NCBI GenBank assembly: GCA_025786725.1
Contig: JAHLTZ010000002.1
Coordinates: 372,001 to 436,000, forward strand
Source: Syncephalis fuscata S228
Taxonomy: Eukaryota; Fungi; Zoopagomycota
Direction: 5' to 3'
Length of the DNA stretch: 64,000 bases
The position numbers and the translations under genes were made by a program. Below are positions 12,825 through 24,464 of this stretch, one piece after another. The notes below the pieces were generated by a model. It saw only the letters and a list, made by a program, of their open reading frames with translations. It was not told the DNA's origin and did no database searches. Numbering within the stretch: position 1 is the first letter of the stretch; every line of letters starts with the position of its first letter.

Positions 12825-13170
12825 GTCACATCATCACATTTATTATTTGTTTGGTGGTCAAATGACTATTTTTAATAACATTAACTCTATTGAACATGGT
12901 GATGGTGGTGAATGACATCACTCATCAAATAAGCATCATCATAGATTTATTATCCAGTATGCATATATTCAATATACATATATATACTCTATTCACCTAT
13001 ATCATTCCCATTCTGTCCCACACTACTATATAACATTTTATAATATACTGAATACATTCTATTGTTTATATATTCCATTACACTCCATTCAGTCTACTCA
13101 TTACACTGTACCCATTATAACTTCCATATTCTTATTTATACTCTTCCAATTGTATATTCATATCATTTTA
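12825..13170 (-). mobile_element. Repeat family A, copy 2 (reverse orientation arm plus part of the internal region)
   Basis: Reverse complement matches about 10560-10835 (TCACATCATCACATT..TTGGTGGTCAAATGACTATTTT..ATTGAACATG..TTATCCAGTATGCATAT). Confidence 0.75.
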
Positions 13171-14236
13171 AATAGTTCTATTTATATTATGCACGCTTTA
13201 TTATAGTTATATTCTGTCTAGCTCTAATTTTATTATCTATACATTTTAGCTTATTTTCTCATAGACTTATATACACCGATAGAATGAATAATGTGAGTAT
13301 TGCAAACTTATTACTTTATTAGAATGGTGTATTGAGTTTATTGATGCTAGTTAGTCACGATTTTAATAGTATTCAGTTTAAACCATGTTATAATTATATA
13401 AAGTAATTATAGCTTATTTGTAATCTAATTATTGATATTACTTGCCTTTCAATTTCATGCACAAATGTTATTAAACTTAATCGTCTAATCCCAAATCCAC
13501 ACTGACGTTTTAATATTTTGTTTATATTATTGTAATAAGAATAACATAAATAAATAAACCATGAATATTAGCGCTGAAATAGATAATGCGACTATAGTGA
13601 TATTGAATATGCCTAGTATTTAAAAACAATAAAGCTATTTCATTTTCAGAAATATCAGCAGCAATACATAGAGAATAAGCCAATGGTCAAAACAGAAGCG
13701 CAGTCCGATTTTGGTTTTATGTATAAATGGTAGTTTTGAATTTTTAATACGCATTTAAGCTTGCAAAGTACAGAGTTTCAAATTTCTGTATTTCTCATAG
13801 TAGTGTTTTATTCATTACACCATATGTGTATATATATAAATGAAATAGTAGTCTTCTGTTATGTTTATAAAATAAAATCTATGTTAGCATAGCTATTTCA
13901 ATTCTAATCACCCAAGATCAAGTTGAACCACCATTTCTTTACATGGGCTGGCCCTAGTGGTACCAAGCTGGACCACCATCTTGAGGTGTTGTTTAACGCT
14001 GAACGTCACCTTATTGGCGTGGTTTCAATTTGGTTTTAACCTTTGGCCTTTGGCCGCTGTGACCTCATGCACTGGTTTCTCTACCTTTTTATTGTGTTGT
14101 GGATTCACTTTTTGGCTGCTGCTATTTCTAGTCCTTTGTTTCCATACATCCAACTTTTTTTTACGTTTTTGCACCGGTACTCATATATTTACAAAGCATT
14201 AACTGACAGCATATTTGGCGGTAGTATTGCCTTAAA

Positions 14237-15220
14237 ATGAGCACATCACATCACAATAGCACTGCTAATCTATACCCGATGGATGCCTATGAGTATACAG
14301 AAGCATTGTCTGTTAATTTGAAAGATAGACAGGAGCAATTAAGATATATATGGGCTGAGCTTGTGGTTCATACTATTATGAGTTATGTCCAAGTGCACAA
14401 CATTAACACAGCCCTTCGATTAGTTATAAAACAGCCGCGAGCACTTACACGATGGTGTTGCTTAATACCTTCTGTTCTATGTATTGGCCTAACAATATTT
14501 ACCATTATATTCGACTTGGGCAAAGCATTTTATATGGATACGTCAGTACTTTATTTTGGATGGGCCATTCCCCTTTCTATCATGTGCTACAGTATCATTT
14601 TGTTGCAAAAAGCATATATGTTGTCCCACAAAAGCCGTTGGATATTTGTAATAGGTATAACGCTAATTATACTACAAATGATAATTCCTGTTATGTTGTT
14701 AAACGTTACTGTTATTTTTTATCATGATTTATATCGTAGTGTCTTTTTTGACTATCCAAAGGGAGTGGTTTTAATCTGGTTATGCGTATCTATAGCTGCT
14801 AACCTATTCCTCTCGTCTGTGTTCAGTTACATGGCCTATAAGCAATATCGTATATTCGGCTCTAAGACATGGAAGCGCCTAGCCAGTGATGGCATCCAAT
14901 CCATGTGCCTTGTTATACTTTGTAATATAATCTGCACTGTCCTAATGTTTTTTAATAACTCCAGGATTCTCTTTACACTCCCCTATTTTATTTACTGGTA
15001 GGTTCAACCAATTATGATACTTTGCTTTATATTTACGTAAAACTATATTAGTTCAGTATGCTCGACTATTTTGATTAAAAACTGCCGTAAGACACGCGAT
15101 ATATTAAGTGAAACTAATCATCCAAAGACCGAAAAAATGCTTCAACTTTCGCAAATATTAACACCAGTGTATGGAGAGACAAATACTACAACCAACCAAC
15201 CAACCATTTATATTGTATGA
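14237..15220 (+). CDS. Orphan multi-pass (6-7 TM) membrane protein, GPCR-like topology, 2 exons
   Basis: 254-aa ORF with regularly spaced hydrophobic segments; GTAGGT..TAG intron (~14998-15051) extends the frame to TGA at 15220. Confidence 0.7.
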
Positions 15221-16250
15221 CAATCAATATGCCTATAATACTACAAAACGTGTCAGTATAGTAGGCAAGTGTCTGCAGGTGTTTAATCACACGGATTGGC
15301 ACAAGGCCTTTGTTTATACGCATCCAACCAGCTAACATTGCATAAAAAATACACACATATTACATCATTCTGCATCTTTTAATATGCTTAAAAACATATT
15401 GCAATCCTAAGAATAAATTATTTAGGTACTATAAATGATTATATTTTGTTTGACATTGTTAATAAGCAATAGTGAATAGCCCATTGCTGTATCAATTTGC
15501 CATATGCATTCAGAATAATAAACAAATACCATAAATATTGACGACAATTACAGTCTATTTTTATATTTAATCAAATGGCAGCTTAACTATACTTTACTTA
15601 TAATCAAAGAAAGTGGCTGTATGAACATTAAGTCGATTGCAGCGAGTATAACATATAGGCAAAATATCTTATTTATATTGATAAAGATATGAAATAGAAT
15701 AAAAAAATAAAACTATCTTAAAACCTTAGCTTATATCTTTCTTATTAGCCTCAATAATAAACAAAATACTATCGAATCGAGTGCGTAATTTATACTAAAT
15801 TTATTTTTATTTAATAAACAAAGTATAAAAAACATTCTCAAACTTTGCTACTTTTGCCATTCAAGATAACGAATCTATGATAATAGCTATTTTGATCGCT
15901 GATATCATTTACCTTTTAATTTTATGTTCAATCGCACGAATGTTATAAATGTAGTCAGTTAACACCAGAGCATTTCAAATGTCTAATAGGCTGTTTACTA
16001 TTAGCGTAGTAGCAATAAAATAAATAAATAACCAACTACTTTCCATCTCTTTTTACCAATCTTTTGTAATTATTCGTATCGTACAATATGATACAGCTAT
16101 AAGGACATTCAAGTCATAGTATTAAAACACTTTAAAACACATTATGATTACTTATTATTATTATTTAATACATTTAGAATCATCAATCAACGATAAAATA
16201 ATAAAGCTTAGCACGATTATTTTACTTTAAAAGATGCATTGCATTGTTTA

Positions 16251-17515
16251 TTACATAAACACGCCCAGTTTTGATCTGACCGTAATGTAGGTCTCAGTTT
16301 GTTTTTCCAACGAGTTTTTCAATAGGTCGTTATCAAACTTAACGTTGTCTGCAAGCATAACAATAGTGCTGCCACCGAATGCAAAGTATCCAACTTCATC
16401 TCCTGCCTTAATAGTTTGGCCCAAGCTTATGGTCAAGTGAATGCCGCCTACGCCGGTCGCGCCAATACAAACGTACTTTACTACTTGTCCATTTGGTCTT
16501 GTAATCTCGACAACGGTGCGCTTGTTCTCCGAAAAGACGCTAATTTCAGATCGGACAGCAATAGGATTGACGGTGTAGTATTCTCCTTTGATTTCGTGGA
16601 TCGCCGTGATCGTTCCGCCAGTGGGCGAGTGGAAACGATGATAGTCTTGTGGTGCCAGGCGGAATATAGCCACTGAAGGATTTTTCAAGCCAATGTTTTT
16701 GCTTTGGGTTGGTCCAAGCATTGCTTCAATTGAAAATGTTTTTCCTTTAATCCAGTACTGCTTAGCCTGCTGTACAGTAGGGAAAACAATAAAACGACAA
16801 TCAGCAATCGATCTGACTATGTTTCCATTCGTTGGATCTTCCATCTTTCGGAATCTGTTTAAATCGAGTCGACGATAGAAGAACTGATTGAAGTTATAGT
16901 ATTTTGGAGGAGGGAAAGGTTCTTCCATACGGGTAAGGCCATACATTTTTTGGAATTCATTAATAAACCCATATGACGCTGGAGAATTATAGTATACGCC
17001 TTGTTTGATTGAAAGCTTTTTCAATGCCTTACGGAAAAGATAAAGTTTGCTGACTGATGGGAGTTTATAGCCGACTACCAATGCGAATCGAACATTATCT
17101 GGCACGAATTCAATTTCTCTTTTGTTTGTCTTGCGATCTATTATGTAGTTTTCAATTTTTGGTACACTATTCACCATAACACTTTCAAAAAGCGTTTTAA
17201 GCTCAAAATCTTCGAAAAACGATGGTTCGATAGGCTTGACTATACACATAAACGTTTATAAAACATATTAATCTATTAATACACCGAATGTCATCATCTA
17301 TAATAATAACACCTACCAACTTCAGTGCTAACTGGCATATCAAGGTTAAGATTAACATTTTCCTTAAAGACTGGACGGTCCCGTCCGTCAGCAACTTTTG
17401 GGGTTTGATTAATTGGCGCTGTTTTTTGACGGAGCATACCATTGAATTGATCACCAACGACCGTGGTCGTGGTAAGTGCTGAGAGAAGCAACAAAGTTAA
17501 TCCGGCAAATTTCAT
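16251..17515 (-). CDS. Phosphatidylserine decarboxylase (PSD2-type catalytic domain, no C2 domains) with an N-terminal signal peptide, 2 exons
   Basis: Motifs FNQFFYRRL, IADCR, IFRLAPQDYHRFHSP and GYFAFGGSTIV (pyruvoyl cleavage site). Exon 1 MKFAGLTLLLLSALTTTTVVG... joins in frame through a GTAGGT..TAG intron. Confidence 0.92.
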
Positions 17516-18071
17516 AATTGCAATAAAAGTGAATATTCGTAATAGCGATAATATAGTTTTAATACGTTATATCCAAAAAATCTATGCTTTTAAAAAAGCA
17601 CGTTTGGTGCAAGCAGCGAAAATACGCTGTGAATAATACACCGAGTATAGGAAAAGAGCGAGAGAGAGAAAAGGTAAGAAAGAAAAAGGACCAGAATGGA
17701 AGATAAGCTTTATTTAAGCTGTAAATATCGCTAGAACAATGGATCTGTAGCAAATGGAAAGTGCCACGAGATATAGGCATGGACTGTTGCCATATAGAGT
17801 CAATTGAAAAATTGTTTTACTGACAGGTAACATTTTAGTAATGGAGCCGCCACGTGATGCCAAATGGATCTTGAAAATAGATTAGCGGTCTTTAATTGGG
17901 CTTTACTCCGATACTTGCCGGCAAAGTCCACATGTCGTTTGTCCCCTTTCGTTTTGAGCATAAAGCATTCTCATTTAAAAATACAGATAGACATGGATAT
18001 CACATGGTGGATATATAGGAATAGAAGCATAATTATTTATAAATTCATATAACTATCCGATGGCTAGCAAT

Positions 18072-18664
18072 CTACTGCTGCTCATGGAACACCGCCAAAC
18101 CAGCTATTACAGCCGCGCCCAAAAAGGCCAATGAGATGATAAACCAAATAAATCCCCAGAACTGTGGGACACAGCAACCGGTGTACTTTGCGAATTTGGT
18201 CGCATCACTTTCATTGACTCGACGCACAACCAGATCCTCTACAATATCCCAAAGGCTGTAAAGACAGCTCATGACACTGGAGGACAGCCATAGAATTGGT
18301 TATTACGTCATATTCACTCTATTGGCAATTCGCCAGCAACTTACCCCATAAATAGAACAAAATATTTTAGGCCGACAGCCTCCTTGACCACCCAGAGCAC
18401 GACAATCATTCCTATAAACAATAGAGTGATCCCACGTGTTAGCCAATTCTTTGCCCACCATAGCGTGGCCAATAAACAAATTCCAATAATAACGGATACG
18501 ATTTTGGAGGCCAACACGTTGAATCCTGCGAAAATCATCAATGCTCCAAAAAACGAAGAGCCAAGGTAGCCGGCCGGCAATGTACAGCAAAGTGATCCGC
18601 CACGCTATCATTATAATAGTGATTATAATAATAATTAACATTATTAATAAATAAAAGTGAATAG

Positions 18665-18706
<42 letters not shown>

Positions 18707-19085
18707 AGTAATTAGTATAAACACTTTAAACACTATCCATATCATTGTAAATTACCATGCGGGTCACGCCACCTTCCTCAGGATTAACTTCAATAGATTC
18801 AATCTTGGCACCGGTACAGCAGCCTGCAGCCGCGTGACCAAACTCATGAAGGGCAACCGTCACTAACTACGATACCGGTAGATGGATGGATTATGTAGAA
18901 AGCCAGTTGTTAAGCACTTTTTACTTACAAATATTTTATCTTACTTTGAACGGATACAAAATTGTCTTTAATATAGGAACATTCCATAGAATAAGAATAG
19001 CCACACTAAATGCACCAATTAGGATAAGTGTTGTCTTTTGGTCCTCGTTAGGCGTGATAGCTTCGCTAAATGTTAGTGGTGCCAT
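18072..19085 (-). CDS. Peptidase M50B-like membrane metalloprotease, 4 exons
   Basis: LYPFK/LVTVALHEFGHAAA..TGAKIESIEVNPEEGGVT../PAGYLGSSFFG...SCLYSLWDIVEDLV..NESDA. Confidence 0.9.
18667..18707. repeat. Compound (TA)n(TG)n microsatellite in an intron of the M50B peptidase gene
   Basis: Run of TA dinucleotides followed by TG dinucleotides, read directly. Confidence 0.9.
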
Positions 19086-19778
19086 CACGATGTTGTTCAA
19101 AATGCAAAGTATGAAATGAAGAAGAGAATGCTAGCTAGCAAGTTAATGTGCGTTTCGTAGATAGAACTATACAATGAAATGCTGTGCAGAAGCAAATAAA
19201 AGGCAGCGTAAAGATGGCTTCAGATAGGATAGTACGGTTGTAGCAAAAGGACAATAACAGTATCCTACTGATCAATGACGCTACTCGAGTAAAAAGATAA
19301 ATAAACAGAATAGTCAAAGCCAAGAATTGGTAATATTTCTATAGCGGTGTTGTAATCAATATTAAACTCCGTTTTAATAGATAGATTATATCTATAATTG
19401 CTATTTATATATATACACTCGACTGTGTTTTATATTCAATACAAAAATATTAGTTGCAACTTGTTCAACTATTCACACACACGCACAAACATACGCACAC
19501 GCAAGTATTAACTACTTTCTTAGTACCTAGTTGTTTTTAGGACATAGCGTAAAAATATTACATTTGTGACAAAACTATTGTGCATGTGTCATTTCTAATA
19601 GTCTGTGGCTGTTTAAAAGTTGTCGAGTTACAACGTAATTTTATCCAATCGTCATTATCTTGCGCGCGATTCTGTCGTGTGTATCGCCTGGTTGCGCTGC
19701 CACGTTAACGTGTCGACACCCTTGCCAGCATTGCTAGTAGCGGTGCATTGCGAACCCTCGCCGTAGACGTACACCATC

Positions 19779-22098
19779 ATGACACGCTATAAAACCGTGG
19801 CTTCGCGATCACGTACCAATTCAATAGTTGGCGACGATAACGAGGCGATAAACGTTGATGTGCCACTGACTACGCTTAATGGCATCGAGACAAATCGTCA
19901 TCAGTCGTACTCGCGACAACTTTCTGCCGAGAACAGCCGTGTTGGCTCGCCTAGACATCGGTACTATTTACGCTCGAACAGCGAAGCAAGTAGTAATGAA
20001 GATGAGATAGTCAAGACCGAGTTGCATCGGGCAAATCACTTGTTAAATAACACAGCTGCTGAAGATGATGCGAATGGTGATCATCGTGGTCTACTCACCG
20101 GCTCTATAAAATATAATTCAAATCATGGTGTAGAAACACAAGTTAAATTGAGCGATGAAGATTATGACGATCTAGTAATGGGCAGAAACCAAACAGCCAG
20201 CATTATGGAATCATTTCTTAACATGGCCAATTCTATTGTTGGTGCAGGTAATTAGCTAAATTAATATTATACATTATTGTTAAATTACTAAATAACTGTT
20301 ATTGTTATTACAGGCATTATAGGTAGTGAAATAGACCAGATGTTTGGTATAATGTCTTATGACTTTTGTAGGCTTACCTTATTCATTTCGTGAAGCTGGA
20401 TTTTGGTCGGGTATTCTTCTACTTATTGTTTTGACCTATATCGTTGGTAATACCCATATAATTGATTGTTAATTACTATATCCTACTAATTATTATAACT
20501 ATACTATTTTAGATTGGACTGTCGGTTTACTGATCAAAAATAGTCGGATGTCGTCAAAACAGTCTTACCAAGATTTAATGGAGTTTTGTTATGGTCGACC
20601 AGGACTATGGGCTATTTCTATATTTCAATTTATATTTGCATTTGGTGGTAAGTAATAGATCTAATTAGAAATGACTACTCGTCTAACATATACACCAATA
20701 GCCATGTGTGCTTATAACGTGATCATCGGCAAGTAACCAATGTATATCTAGTTGTTATTAATATTTTTCTCTTACTAGGCGATACTATTCCCAGTGTACT
20801 ATCGGCTATGTTCCCATCGATGTCCGAGCATCCGGTATTTGCCTTTTTGGCATCTCGTCGAACTGTTATCTTTCTATGTACTGTTGGCATTACATTTCCA
20901 CTTTCGCTTTATCGCGATATTGCAAAACTGGCCAAAGCAAGCGCATTTGCTTTGGTAGCTTTAGTTATCATCATTGTTGCTGTTATGATCGAGGCCCCTC
21001 GTACTCCGACCAAGACCCGAGGGGATCCATCGCTTCGTTGGACCTTTATTAATCCAGAAATATTCCAGGTAAGTTGTAGCAATTTAGCAAAAACAAAAAC
21101 AAAAACAATAATCAATTAAACATGTTAATTTATTGTCATTAGTCTATTGGTGTCATTTGCTTTGGTAAGCATTGTGTTAATATTAGTTATTATAATTATT
21201 ATGTAAATTTATTTAAACTCATTAATTGAATGGTAGCATTTGTTTGTCATCACAATACTTTTGTGATTTTAAATGCGCTTAAACGACCATCGCTTAATCG
21301 CTTCAGTGTTGTAACCCATTTAAGTATGGTTGTTTCATTGATCACTTGCTTGATCATGGCCATTAGTGGCTATTTAGCATTTACCGATAAAACGGAAGGT
21401 AAGCAATCTGTACGAACTCGTGTAATGTTAGTAATGCCTATGCAACTAGGCAACGTATTGAATAACTTTTCAAATGATAATGTTATTATTAATATTGCTC
21501 GGCTGTGCTTTGGCATGAATATGTTTTCCACATTGCCGCTAGAACACTTTGTTGTCCGTGAGGTATGCAGTACTGCTTTATAGCGCAGTTCCCTACTGTT
21601 CTAATCATTATCTGTTCATATATACATATATCTACACAAAGGTCATTGAAACTCTATTTTTAAAAGGCCCCATTTCTACCCTGACCAATTTTCTATTGAC
21701 TACCGTGCTTATTGGAGCAGCACTTGTTATTGCACTAACTACGTGTGATCTTGGTTTTGTGATGGAATTGACGGTAAGTTTTTGTTTTAATACTAGTAGG
21801 CTATTCTTATTGACACGTCAGTTCAATGATTGTTAGGGCGGTATTTCTGCCACTGCACTAGGTAAGTAATATGCTAAATGATAAACAACAAGGTGATAAC
21901 AACGAATATACTCGTGTAGCCTTCATCCTTCCTCCAGCATGCTATATTAAGCTGGCATCAGGACCTTTGTGGTCACGTAAAAAACTACCTAGTCTCATTT
22001 GCATTGGATTCGGTGTTATAGTAATGTGTCTAAGCACTAGTCTATCCATCCGAAACTACATTATCGACACGAGCAAACGAAGTGTATGCCAATGGTAG
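19779..22098 (+). CDS. AVT2: AAAP/SLC38-family amino acid transporter (AVT2/SLC38A11-like), many short exons
   Basis: FLNMANSIVGAG/IIG/LPYSFREAG...IGDTIP...PLSLYRDIAKLAKAS...FVCHHN...PLEHFVVRE...AFILPPACY. Confidence 0.88.
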
Positions 22099-22218
22099 AA
22101 TAGTCAATGGGTGCAGCGTGCATTATAAACGTGCCAGCTGTTAGTCATTTATGTTTGATGAGTTTTTATATAAAAACAAATCGCTTTTCAAACAATAAAT
22201 TCCTTCATTTAATAATGT

Positions 22219-23028
22219 TTAACATCCATCGCTTGTCGCTTTGGTGTTCATAATAAGGGCTACAATAAGGCCGTAAAGACCAAGAACTTCTGCAAAAATA
22301 AGAATGAGCACCATAGTAACAAACATGCGTGGCTGACGAGCATAGGAGCGAACACACTATAATAAAGCGTAATAATTCATTAATACGACGACTAAATTGC
22401 ATGAATAAACTACTTACGGCATCGCCAACAATGCCAATACAATATCCCGCACATAATCCGGTAAATCCAACAGCTAATCCAGCGCCCAAATGTACCAAAC
22501 CACTATTATCACAATTCACAGTTAATCAATTAATAATAATAATAATAATAATAATAATGTTACTATTAACTTACGCATACAATGAATATGGACTAGTGGG
22601 ATTCACTAATATTTAATAATAATATTAATAAAGATACTATTGCTCCATAGATTCTACTTACACGATCCAGCAATCAATACCGAGGTTACCATACCGTAGA
22701 CGGCAATAATACCCGCCATTACAACCGGAATCAACGACTATTATCATTAAACATAAGCTGCTGGTACAAAGTGCATCCAACTATGATACAACGATGACGA
22801 CATCTTACCTTCATAATAAGTTCGGGACGAAATGTACCCATACCCGCGATGCCAATACCGGCTTTGGCTGTGCCATAGGCAGCACCCACCGCTATTGATA
22901 CCAAATCAACACTAAGTGAGAACAAACTCATCTACATACTGTGGCTACTTACAACTAAGTACCATGGCGGCACATACACCTGCAAAGCCAAAGAATGGCG
23001 CATATACCGGACAGTAATCGGTAGCCAT
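22219..23028 (-). CDS. VMA11: V-ATPase V0 proteolipid subunit c'
   Basis: [12 protein letters not shown]...[35 protein letters not shown]...[21 protein letters not shown]. The [12 protein letters not shown] segment favours c' over c. Confidence 0.88.
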
Positions 23029-23544
23029 TTTATGACGATTTTATTGTTGCTATGTCAAGTAGTTGATTGGCTATTGGATCGATTGATCGGTCGGTCAGCA
23101 CCCACGTCAATAAAAATAAATCAATACAATTCAAAGAAATATAATGAAGCAGCGTCACAGCAACTAAGATGGCGGCACTAGATACAACAGTAAACGTGTA
23201 GAGACTAGGCTTGAAAGAACGAGAATAGACAAAAGTCGAAGTGATGAAGAGGGATGAAAAAGAGCTTTGTGTGTATATGCGTATTCAATAAGTCGTCAAC
23301 GTCACGAGGGCAGTTTTCCCTCTGGCTGGCCAAATAAATATCATCATCGGTTAATAATTTTGACCAGTCTATTTCTATATACATTTGTATTTTAGTACCT
23401 AGAACTATAAATATAACTATATTGCTTTTATATTATTTTGTTTTTAGCTTTATTAATAACGAGCTGTAATTTATTTATTTCATTTCATTCAGCAAAGCGT
23501 ATGTACTTAAACTTATAATAAATAATAAATGTCCATAATATCAT

Positions 23545-23785
23545 AGAATAATATATAGTAGTGTGGAATAAAATAAGAGTGATATATGCATACTGGATAA
23601 CTAATCTATAATGATGAGTATTTGATTATTGATGTCACTCACCACTTATTATCATGTTCAATAGATTAGATGTCTAATTCAATTACACGATTGTCATTGA
23701 GTACAGTTTTTTAATATAAAATCACACTAATTATTGATCAACTATTTATAAAACAAATTATATAATAATGTTAAATGGCACATTT
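23545..23785 (+). mobile_element. Repeat family A, solo forward arm with a single (hybrid) subterminal unit
   Basis: GATATATGCATACTGGATAACTAATCTATAATGATG..GATGTCACTCACCAC..CATGTTCAATAGATT..AATGTTAAATGGCACA, matching 10690-10975. Confidence 0.7.
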
Positions 23786-24464
23786 AATGCAACTAGCTGT
23801 AATGTATTAATATTTGAAAGAAGGGAATGGTTTACTTTTGGTTAATAAAGAAATAATTACAAGTAAATATTATGTATCCCAAACCATGCGTAAATGTTGC
23901 CAGACATGGTATAGGCATAATAAATGCATAAACGACTAAAATAGTGGAAATAATAGTGGTTGATGGATTATTAGTGGACTGGGCACCGCAGCAACATATT
24001 TCCTTAAAATCGTCGCTAATGTATGACAACAGTCGTACATTTTGGGCGGTAAGAAACATTCAAGTCCTTAATAGATGATGGCCTGCCTTAGTTAATATTA
24101 ATAATGATAATGATACGCAAAAACGAACAACCACTTTCAGTATTATTGGTGCATCCAGAACAATGACAATGGCGTAAACTCATCAGCTTCTTTGTTATAG
24201 ATTTCATTATTAATAGAAGTGGATTTTTAAAAAAAGACCTACAAACCGGTTATTAGATAAAGACATTTGGCCAACCTTCATTTTGTCCTTCACTCTTTTC
24301 CTGATACTTGTGACGCCGTTCCCCCTTTTTGCCTCCGTTTTACGATATTGCCTAGAAATTACTTGTTTGGATAAAACATGATGACAATGAAAAACCCCGG
24401 ACATTGTTCTTCTTGTTATTGATCTAGTTCTATTTTTTACACAGCGCGCCGGCGCGTATCTTAT

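Noticed and set aside
13910-13990. GC-richer patch with a direct repeat (AG.TG.ACCACCAT) and TGGTACCA resembling an LTR primer-binding site
   Set aside because: No LTR pair, polypurine tract or retroelement ORF nearby; too short to support a call.
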